Shown: positions 28,334 through 39,000 of the stretch, one piece after another | Layout of the letters: every line of letters starts with the position of its first letter | How positions within the stretch are numbered: the stretch's first letter is position 1 | Origin: Auanema rhodensis | Lineage: Eukaryota > Animalia > Nematoda | DNA: 64,000 nt | NCBI GenBank assembly: GCA_964057225.1 | Contig: OZ059898.1 | Coordinates: 7,254,001 to 7,318,000, forward strand | Direction of reading: 5' to 3' | The notes under the pieces: model-generated | What the model saw: the letters and a program-made list of their open reading frames with translations, nothing else | The model's database searches: none | What the model was told of the DNA's origin: nothing | Program-made: the position numbers and the translations under genes

Positions 28334-28897
28334 TCTAAAATATGTTAAAATTAAATAATAATATTATATTTATGCATAAACAATAATATCAGAAAAAAAC
28401 AAAAAAATCTTTTTTAAATTATCAACTAATGTTAAGATGAATCAGAGTTTAGCATTGTATAACAAGAATTTAATTCATCATTGATGATGAAGAATCAAAT
28501 GTTTTCTAAATAAAACTTTTTAACTAGTAACTAATATACTTAATTCAGCTGCAATCACTGTTCAAGAGAGAAAATATTAAATTAATTATAGATATGCGTA
28601 AACGATTCTATTCATTATGAGTGTATTAAAATAATAAATAGTAATTTATACTTAATGTTCCTGATTTATAATGCTACCTTTTTCGAATACGATTATATAA
28701 TATTTTTAAAATTATGTACGTGATTGCGTACGCATATATATTACTAATTCTAGGAACACATTTTTTTATAAGAAATACATATTTATAAAGACTAAGAATA
28801 CAATCATTTCAAATTTTAAGTTTTCACATAAATATTTATCACTTTTCCATGAATACCTATAACATTATGAATGGATAGAATGGCATGAACAAAAAAA

Positions 28898-29746
28898 TTA
28901 ATTTTTAAAAGAGTTAATAGCTTGTTCGACTACTACTTCTAAGACACCTTGGTTGTTTAAGTTAACTGTGTCGTCACAACCACCAATGTATTCACCACTA
29001 ATAAAAACCTAAAAAATTATTAGTTCAGTCAACTTATCATAAAAATTACCTTCGGAACGGATCTACTACCATAGCGTTTGATGAACTCTTGCTGGATTTC
29101 TTCACAATCATCTCGTTCATCTAGTTCTATGTATTCGTAGTGAGCATCAGACAATCGAAAAGTTGCTAAAAGTGCCTTTGCCTTTCTAAAAAATTGAAGT
29201 CAAAATATTTAACGAAATTTGTACTCGCCGGCAAAATGGACACCAAGATTTACTGAACATTACAATAGGTTTCGAAGCTATATAAGCATCAATTATTTCT
29301 CCTGGACTGTTTTTTTTTAACGGTATCTTTCCGGTATTAGAAATTGAAGAAGAGGCTTTTTTTTCCTATAAACATTTTTATATCAAAACATTACCATTCG
29401 AGAGAGAAAAATACCTTCATTATTTCAGCTAATTTCTCTGCTCTTTTTTGATCATGTTTTGCTTTAAGCTCCTCCGAAATAAGGTTATGTTCCTCTTGCT
29501 GACGAAGTCTAACCTTTTCCAGATCATTAGAAATTTTAGAGTGTACTGATGTATCATATTTCTTTCTGTTCACCATCTCAGACTCTGCTCTCATAACATT
29601 TAATTTAGGTAGAACAACATTAGTGTACAAAGCATAACCAATACCAGCTGATAAGACCAATAGCCAGCCATAGGTTTCGAAGAAACCCCAAACTAAACAT
29701 ATATTGAAAACTTCTCATAATAGCTAGACTTACTCATTGAAATCAT
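28898..29746 (-). CDS. Selenoprotein S (VIMP)-like TM/coiled-coil N-terminus fused to a dithiol glutaredoxin
   Basis: MISMIWGFFETYGWLLVLSAGIGYALY (TM)..LEKVRLRQQEEHN..KRAEKLAEIMK, spliced in frame to PIVMFSKSWCPFCRKAKALL..IELDERDD..SVPKVFISGEYIGGCDD. Confidence 0.85.
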
Positions 29747-30132
29747 TCTTCAAAAAAAATAAACAGAATAATTCCAAGTTTTGAATTGAATCTGAAAAAA
29801 TCTAACATTTATTATTTCAAGCGAATTAACTGATTTAACAACACATAACAAAAATAGTAATTAAGAAAAGTGAGAATATATCACTTAAATTTAATTAATT
29901 TATGTTTCAGATTCTTAGTAAACGCATCATATTATTAATTACAATGATATCAATATTCTGCTTATACATGGTCAACAGCGCAATATATTAACATATTAAC
30001 AAAATTTTAAAATACGTGATTTAGCGTTTCCGTGAGAGGTTAATACGTGAATATTCAAACTTAGTTTTATATTATATACAAAATTATATACTACTGTTAT
30101 CTTTCATTAGCATATTCATTGATTAAGAACTA

Positions 30133-30610
30133 ATGGATCGTAAGGACGCTAAGAAAAGCAATAAACTTAATTCAAAAAAAGTTGTTCACTCTGAAAAAAT
30201 GTAAGTTTATATAAAAATTGTTTTGATTTAGTTTAGCTTCGTACAGGGTGAAGAAACAAAAAATTAGTAGTTTTGAAAAAGCTAAACAGGTTTATGAGCA
30301 AATTCAAGAACAAAAAAAAAAGGAAAGAGAACAGGTACGAAAATATTTAACCTTTTAAATTCATTATTGATGGACAGAAAAATAAAGATCGAGAGCAAAA
30401 ACAGAAAGCAGTGGAAGAATATAATTCAAGAAAAAAGAAAATGCATAACGTTAGTTTTATTTTTTCTTAGTTTGTTATATTGTTTAACTCCAATTTGTCT
30501 GTTTGTAGGCCATTAGAAAACGCAATAAAAAGGGTCAACCTAATCTCGGAAGTCAAATGGAAGCTATATTAGATAAAATTCAAAACAAATCGAGAAAAAA
30601 TGAATTGTAG
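30133..30610 (+). CDS. CCDC59: CCDC59/TAP26 (Fyv7-like) small basic coiled-coil protein
   Basis: Four exons; the C-terminus KRNKKGQPNLGSQMEAILDKIQ matches the family KKGQPxLxxQMExLLxKI motif. Confidence 0.8.
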
Positions 30611-31214
30611 AAAGTTAGTTATTATGTTGTTTTCTATTTGTTGTTATGTTTAATAAATCCTTTTTTTAAAGTTTCTTCTTTTAAGAAGTGCCAGTGAAAC
30701 TTTCTGTAATTTTAAATACTTACGAACGCTTTTTTGTTTTGACTCATTTATTATGCACGACATGTGGGGGAATTCTATTGCTTCCTCTTTTGCTAAATCA
30801 ATCGATGCCCACGATCTAATCTCTTTCTTTTGTCGAGCGAAGAACAGTGGAGGCATGTGTGACAGCGCGTCCTGTCTCTTTGTAATTTATACTATTCGAA
30901 AGCGTTTATCCTCAGTGATGACCTTCATTCTATCCATCTTTACCATTTCTGAATAAACTAAAAAGTTAAATCTATCTTTCCCATTTATTGATTATTCATA
31001 TTTTTTTCACAGCTATATGGATTAGTGTTATGTTCACCTGTTGTTTAGCGCATTATTGGCATAAGACATGCTGACCTAATAGGTTACGCAACCTATTCCC
31101 GCGTTCTCTCAGATTAACAAAGCCATTTGCCTAGCTTTTATTTTAAATATTGAAAAGTACTATTTTACAATTTTTATTCCTTTTATATTTAGTTATTTCG
31201 ATAAGACGGTGTTT

Positions 31215-34200
31215 ATGGCTGAGAAGGGGCAACACCCCGCTGTGCAGCCTGCAAGGCCTCCATTCAAATTTTTGCGCAAAGGATCAGGATCTCATCAATT
31301 TGATAAAGTATACTTCCTTATGTGCTAATTTATTCTTACGTTTTTTATTTTCTAGAAAATATCATACATTACTAATCCAAAAGGAAGTTCCAGTAGTTCT
31401 GCACATTCTCACAGTGTGTATCCGTCAAATCATTCTGAAAGTGAATTGTAAAATTATTATTATAATATAATGAAAAGTTCTTTCAGCATCTTCGGTATTA
31501 TCAGATAATGTTTTTCGCGCACCAAGAGATAATGAACCATTACTGAGTGCTGAAGAATTAGATGAAGTGACTAGTAATCACCAGTCCAGACGAAATCTTA
31601 CATCTCCTGTTCAAATTCAAATGCCTAAACGAACTGATTTGGACAGCGGAAGGGGTAGTGGAAACTCCCCTTCTAGTGTATATAAAACTCAAACACGACC
31701 TGATAGTGGTTATTCGGAATTCGGTAGGGTGGCCGGGATACTAGTATGAAAATATTTTTTTTACAGATGCTGTTTCTCCTAATAGAAGCGAAGCTCAGGA
31801 ATCGGAAGTCACCGTAGCCAGTAGAATACCTGAAGATGCCGAAATAACTTCAGAACCAATTCAAGGAATTGCTCACGGTAACTAAACCTAAGTGTTGAAT
31901 ATTCTTATTACCATTTTTAGAAAAAACTGTTGTCTCTTTAGTTCCTGTTGATGATGATGTAGCTACTGAAGACCAATCTGTTGCTCGTAAGTTTGGTTAT
32001 TTCCATTCCACTCTTACATTTTTTGTACAGAGCATGACTTTCGTAATGATACAGAATCATTTTTACAAAAGGAAATTGATGTTGATGATATCAGATCTCT
32101 AAGTCCTAGAACCCGTGATATCAGAGCTCAGGTTGAAAAAAACGTTCCCGGAGACCGTGATGTAAGCTAAATGTGTTTTTCATCGTTTATTATATTTGTT
32201 TGTTTAGTCCATGACAAATTTATCAGATAGAACTACAACTAATTCGTTATCGTCTTTTTCTTCGCGAATTAGCCGTCCATTACCTCAACATTCCGGATTT
32301 AATCGCGAAGCTCCAGTGAATGTATTTTCAAGTTCTTAATTGAGAGAAACTTATTTAATTGTAGGGTCGTGATTCTGATAGAGTTTCTAGTGCGATACCA
32401 TCTCCAACTATTGATGTACTCCGGCCATCAACAGTGGCCAGTTCGTCTTCCCTTGATGCTCGTCAATATATTGGTTTGATTTTTTTTTGAGTTTCTTCAT
32501 CTATTTTGTTTTTTAAGCTGCGAGAGATAAACCTCTTCATGTTGCATTTCCTCCAAACTTGTTAGAAACCCAAAAGGTTAGCGTTTCTTAGCCAGCAAAA
32601 TAAAATAAATGATTATAGAGACCGTCCAGAGATAAGATAAGAGCTTCTGAGTCTACGAGACATCCTGTCGCTATACAAACTTCTGATCGAATGGATGACT
32701 ATTCTTCTGATATAACATCAGTTTCTGCAATTGGGCGAGGTCCACGTGCATCAAATGCAAGAGTAGATAATAAACAAGATGTAAGAAGCTTAGACGACTA
32801 TTAAAACAGAACATAAAAAAATTTAGGCTCAAAATTCTCCTGTTTCTATAGCTTCTTCCTTCGATGCGGAGCCAGCAACACCTTATCAGTACGTGATTTG
32901 ATAAATGATAAGTTACTATTATTTGATATTTTAGTCCGCGAGAACAAAAACAACATGCTGCTAAATTTAGTGATGAAAGGATCCGAAAAATACTGGAAAA
33001 ACAGTTACGTGACGCTATAATTCATACAGATATAGCTCGTCATAATATGCAAAAACAAGCACATAAGGTTAAATGCAACATATTGCTTATAAAATATATT
33101 TAATTATAGATGAATTTGTGTATTGTTAGTCTAGATGAGGCATCTGCCAAAATACAGAAAGAAAGAGAATTTCTTGAAGAGCAAAAAGAAAAACATCGAG
33201 TTGAAGTTTTAAGATCATTAAACCAAATAAAAAAAGATCGCGATGCTTTAATAAAGCGAGAAAAAGAATTGAATAAGAATATAGCAGATAATGTATTTCT
33301 TTTTTTTTTATTTCGCTAAGTATTATATTTATAGCAATCAGAAGCAAAGGAAGCCATTCAAAAAGCGTCAATTAGTAAAGCGGAAATGAGAACGAAGCTG
33401 AATGAAAAAGAAAGTCAAATTAAAGGTTTCTTTTTGGTGATTTTCTTATAATTTTAATAATTTCCAGAACTGAAATTAGAAATAGAAAAATTAAAAAAAT
33501 CAAATGAAAGATTAGATAATATTGTGAAACAAAAGGAGGTTTGTCATTGTTTCTTTCTATTGGACATTTTTTTTCTGTAGAAACGTATGAATAGTTCTTT
33601 AAAAAGCAAAGACACTATTATCGAACGTTTAACAACCGAGCTGAACGCCGCAACTAAAACAACGAAGCGTAATGGATTCACTCCACGCTCCAGAATGGAT
33701 TCCTCTGACATTTCTGCCATTCAAAAAGCTGATCCCATTGTAAAGCCTGTATCTCGACGACAAGTATCATTTTTCATTGTAGGCTGATCATTTTTTTATG
33801 AATTTAGGTTCATTTCAATGATACCACGGACACAACTATTTATTTGCCAGAAGATACATTTTCATCAAACTCAACCAATAGTTTCCGTGAGATAAAGAAA
33901 TGGGTATATTAGCTATTATACTTGAATTTTCTATAATCTATACTTTCAGATTCTTAAAAATACTGTAAACTTACCTAAAAAAGGCGTCTGTTATACATAT
34001 TGTTGTAAAGAAAGCAATGCTGATGGTATATTGTAAATGCACATAGTTGTAATTATTCCATTTTTCAGTTTTAAATGAAGTTGGTGTATTCGATTTACGA
34101 CATGTAAATGGTCGTATGTGTGGAGCAAAGCTCTATCAGTACTCCAATTCAGATTGCCGGTTTATCTACGGTCCTCTGGAAGTATACTATTATGGTCACA

Positions 34201-34956
34201 CCCGAATGATTGTTACTTTACATGGTCTAGATGTTAAAATAAGATGCTTTCAAGATGAGGTTGTTGCTTAACACGTGGAATTCGGATCATTGACTGATTT
34301 TCAGATTGAAATAATTCGGCCGAAAAATGAAATATCTAAATATATTTATAAAACTAACAAACTCATAGAAACTAAAACCAGAAAAGACACCGGAATGTAC
34401 AGTCTTGTGTAAGTAATCTTGATCAAAAATAAGTTTTCCTTACTTGTTTCTAGTTTCGATGGAAGCCGGTTCCCAAATGTTATGGAGCGGCACGGACATA
34501 GTGATCGTAGCTTCGAGGAAGATCGTGTTGTTTTACGAAGAGGTACTATAAATGACATGTTGGAGCATGTCATTATTGAACAATCCGGTGTTCGATGGAA
34601 GAGCCACCAAATCAATTCAACCATTAATGAATGGGATGTGAGTAGTTGCTGTGTTAGACCTTTTGTTCTAGCTGTTATTTAGGTTTATGCTCATCCAACG
34701 AAGCGTCAAGTAAAAATTCAAGTGGAACTTGGTACTGGCGAGCCATTTTCCGTGAGTTTCAATCCTTTTTAAAAATCTGAAGTAATTATCTGGTTCTCAG
34801 ATTCTTTTTTGCCCTTCGTATGATTGGGTCTATATTCGGCACCTTGATGTTCAAAATCCTGCAAATAGTGAACCTTGTTGTGATATGGGAAGTGCAACCA
34901 GGCGAAGAGAGCGCAATTTGGAATATTGTTCTGTAGGTGACATTGTTAAAACTTGA
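31215..34956 (+). CDS. sas-4: SAS-4/CENPJ-like centriolar protein
   Basis: N-terminal PFKFLRKGSG (CPAP PFLKRG-like), disordered S/P-rich region, central coiled coil (about 32940-33660), and a C-terminal TCP-like beta region YQYSNSD..VYYY..GLDVKIRCF..EIE. The last exon frame is ambiguous (stop at 34936 or 34956). Confidence 0.72.
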
Positions 34957-35236
34957 TATTAGTTGTTTTTGAAAGCAATATGATTGTGAATGCATAGCAT
35001 CTTTATTATTTGCACGTAATTCTATTATACATATTATATTTTATCTAGATTATGCTTTTCATTGTTTCCTTTAGAATTATCTTATCCCAATAATTCCCAT
35101 GTATCTTGCTTAGTTAACATAGTTAACTACTAATATTGTTTTATCTATTATACTACAAATCTCTTTATATGCATCTCTACCATTAATTGACCTCTGTTTC
35201 TTCTACCTCATAATCATGGTGGATTTTAACAATACC

Positions 35237-35628
35237 ATGACATATCATCTTGAATGCTCTTAAATCTAAAAGCCTTGTAAAATTATTGAATGAATGTTTT
35301 ATAGTTAAATGTTGGCGTTAATATGTTGAAGGCAGGTGACCAAATTGGAACATAATAAAAGGGACTCAGACACTGTACCAAATTTCCATCTTCTTGATTA
35401 AGCGTGAACGCTGGGTTCAACTTTATTCAGATTATGACATATCATCTTGAATGCTCTTAAATCTAAAAGCCTTGTAAAATTATTGAATGAATGTTTTATA
35501 GTTAAATGTTGGCGTTAATATGTTGAAAGCCAGGTGACCAAATTAGAACATAATAAAAGGGACTCAGACACTGTACCAAATTTCCATCTTCTGGATTAAG
35601 CGATAACGCTGGGTTCGACCTTATTCAG
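35237..35628. repeat. Two-copy tandem duplication, period 197 bp
   Basis: ATGACATATCATCTTGAATGC...TTATTCAG starts at 35237 and 35434, with only a handful of differences between copies. Confidence 0.95.
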
Positions 35629-35679
35629 GTCACGCACCGACAGAACCCTCGGACATGGCACGAACTTCATCAGCGCCCC
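35559..35679 (-). ncRNA. Candidate box C/D snoRNA (alternative: body of a tRNA-derived SINE)
   Basis: Minus strand reads GGGGC-GC-TGATGA ... CTGA ... CTGA-GTCCC-TTTT: C box at 35667-35672, D box at 35564-35567, terminal stem GGGGC/GTCCC, then a T4 terminator. Confidence 0.5.
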
Positions 35680-35743
35680 GGAATCGAACTAACGAGTGTT
35701 TCACATAACTGCGACATAACCGACTGAACCACTCAGCACGCTG
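35680..35743 (-). promoter_or_regulatory. tRNA-like Pol III internal promoter (A and B boxes)
   Basis: A box TGGTTCAGTCGG (35720-35731) and B box GTTCGATTCC (35680-35689) at tRNA-like spacing; no intact anticodon arm or T arm. Confidence 0.65.
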
Positions 35744-36091
35744 TCTTAATGATTGTTTAGTTACCCAAATAAATCAAAAATATTAGAACCAAACCATTTA
35801 TAGACAATCATCAACATACGAAAAACAAATTCACCCATTCAAAATAAAAGTAATGATTAGAAAAAGTTTCAAGACTTAAAAATTTATTTAAAACAGCAGA
35901 TTTGCTTCTAGTCACACACCATTCGACCAAGTCCAAAATAACCGAAAAGAAATGATAGAACGTATATAACAGCGACCAAAAAGTCACAGCATATTACCTA
36001 ATATTGTAAAACAACACTCTTTAACAACGAAATTTGCAAAGACTAACATGAACAGATGTGCAAAAACAGTGAAACAAGAAAAATCAACAGC

Positions 36092-39000
36092 TTAATTTCT
36101 TCGCCAGTTGTTGGAGTCAGATCCTCCATCCCTAGGCTTATTCATTGGTGGACGACGATTACGATCCATTGGTGGTCGATCCATGTTGCGATCCATTGGT
36201 GGTCGGTCCATGTTGCGATCCATGTTACGGTCCATGTTACGGTCCATGTTACGGTCCATGTTGCGATCCATGTTGCGATCCATGTTACGATCCATGTTGC
36301 GATCCATGTTGCGATCCATAGTTCGGTCCATGGTTCGGTCCATGGTTCTGTCCATGGTTCTGTCCATAGTCCTCTCCACATTACGATCATTGCGATCGAA
36401 GCCACTCATGTCACGGCGAGGCATAGGCTCGGACTTTTCTGGTATTCCACCCTTTCCAACTTTGGTGAAGCCCTTATCTTCAGTAGCAGAAGTACCAGAA
36501 GGAGCTTGGTCAGCGCGTTTAATAACATTTCCTCTGCTCCACCTATCTTCGTTCTGAGTTGGAACCATTCGAGGAGCAGGTCTAGAAAACTCTGGTCTAG
36601 AAAACTCTGGTCGTGAGGGAGCTTCGTTTCTTTCTTCTGCAAAGAATAAAAATACATAACATAGAAAAAATAGAAAACGTACCTGGAATATTTTCCTTCT
36701 TGATGACATTACCTCTGCTCCATTTATCGGCTGGAGCTTGGTTACCACGGAACATGGATCTAGACCCGAAATCTTCACGGGACTCGCGGGGCTCACGAGA
36801 TTCACGAGGCTCACGGGATTCGCGTTGTTCACGAGCTGGTGGGGCTCTATGTCCGGAGCGCCAGTCGTTATCTTGCATAGACTTAGATTCCGTATCATCT
36901 CTTCTTCTTCTTTCAGGATCACGAATATCACGAGCAGCTTTCCATTGCTCTTCAACGACTTTTTGGCGTTGTCTTTCATCCTCCTCACGCTTTTGCTTCT
37001 CCTTTTGAGCCTTTTCCTATAAATATATACGCATAAAAGTACGCATATAATATAGAATAACTTACAGTGAGCCAATCTTCTTGTCTTTTCTTCTTTCTAT
37101 CTTCAGCTCTTTCAGATAGACGAGAAGATCTAACAGCTTCAAGCTTGTCACGCCAATCACATAACTTCTTTGCGAAGTTGTCTTCATTATTATCTTTAAC
37201 AGATTGAATCCATTGGTTAGCCTCGTCACGAATGGCTTCCAAACGATCCCATGTTTTAACAGCGCTCTCATGAGCATCACTTTAATGAATCAGAGAATTA
37301 AGAAAATAAAAAATTATACTAACATGGCTTTTTGAATGCGTCGTTCCTCATAGTTTTCGTGTGCGGAAGGCGCATCAGATATTCTCTTATTCATAATAGC
37401 CTTTCTCTCCAACATTTCTTCTAAGTGAATAGCGCGAACGTGGTGATCGAAAGTCTTCTCCTGTTGTTGGAGTCGTTTTTGAGTTTCCATACGTTCCCTA
37501 TCCAATCGTTCTCTCTGTAGGTAACATGTACTTGACGATGAATATAATGGTTTCTTACCTGCTCGCGAAGAACGGCTTCTGGATCCATATCTTGGAAAGC
37601 GCTTTCTCCCTTCTCTTTGATGATTGCCTGATATATAGCAGATTGTTGCATACGGCGAATTTGATCCTGACGAATTTTGCGCTGAATCTCTTCTTGTTCA
37701 ACTTGCTTGCGCTTTCTTTCACTTTCGATATTTTCCTGCTCAAGGCGTTTCATCTCTTCGGCACGTTTAGCCTCTTCCTTTTTCAGAATCTCAGCTTGAA
37801 CCTGTTGAGTTCTCTCAGCCTTAGCGCGCTCTGAGCTCTCCTTATAGCTCTCGATCTTACGACGGCGCACAAGAATGCGGTCAAGTTCCTGTTGTCGATT
37901 TCGTTCGTAGTTGATAGCGTGTTGTTTCACCTAGAATATATGTATCATCTCAAGACTTAATACACCTTCATACCCTAGCAACCATCTCTTCTTTACGCTT
38001 ATCTCCATCGAGAAGTTCAACGGTTGTTCTTAGCTTGTTGTACATAAGCTCCAGATGAGCACGAATACCTTCTACTCCAAGCTGTGAATCATCCCCTAAA
38101 AATATTTTTTTAATATTATGCCATTATTTATATTTGTATTTACCTGTGAAGCCATCAGCTTCTTCCAGATCAACACCACCAGCTAAAGTGGCATCCGCAG
38201 CACCAAAACGAACACATCCCGAACGATGATCAATTTGAGCACGCACATAGCGATGCTTAGAAACATCAACTACCAAACGCTCCAATTGAATTTCATTGTA
38301 GAATGGAACAATTGACTGAATTCTAGCCCAGCTTATGGAATCATAAATAACAGCAATCTAAAAAAATAAATCAACAAATATATTTTAAAAGCTTTTAAAC
38401 TTGTTTCAAAGCCTTTGTAGCTACAACATATCTCAAGGACTCGACATATTCCTTGTGCTCAGATTGGGTAATCAGTTGAAGCTCTTTTTCAACATCATGA
38501 GCTAGTCTAAAAAAATACACGATACATGTATACTTAAAAAATATTGTAACCTCAAGGGAGCAAAATTGTTCTCCAATAGCTTGTAAAGTGACTTGGCCGA
38601 ATCAGAAGCAAGCTCAGGGATACCAAGACGAGCACACTCTTTTAGAATTCCAGCACGAATTGGAGCAATAGGGAGACGAAGCAAGTTTGATAAAAGTCTA
38701 AAATATTTCCATTACTATTGGTCTTCCGTATTACTGAATTCAGAAGATATTCCAGTTGGACAAATCAATATCCCGTTTCGATCAAAGTACAACCCATGAT
38801 AAGAATTGTACATAGACAAATTTAGAAACGGCGCATATGGGAACCGAACCATAAACTAATTCATATGGTTCACACGTTATCCAATACACTACTGATTCAT
38901 ACTCACCTGATATTGGATGCATGTTGATCTTCAATATCCAAGTGACGAGTTAAGTCGGAAGGAGCATCGGCTCCGTCTGGAATAGCTAAGGTAGCCAGCA

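Noticed and set aside
35660-35745. Functional tRNA gene or hammerhead ribozyme (CTGATGA and GAAAC are present)
   Set aside because: No proper anticodon or T stems for a cloverleaf, and hammerhead stems I and II do not form in register.
36056-37022. Multiple overlapping ORFs (VAIH, RSML and WIAT repeats)
   Set aside because: Products of the 12-bp and 9-bp eIF3a repeats being open in several frames.
38698-38906. Telomerase RNA, RNase MRP or U17/snR30 identity for the structured intron
   Set aside because: No GCCUAA template, no room for the MRP P4/CR-V strand, and no correctly placed H/ACA boxes.
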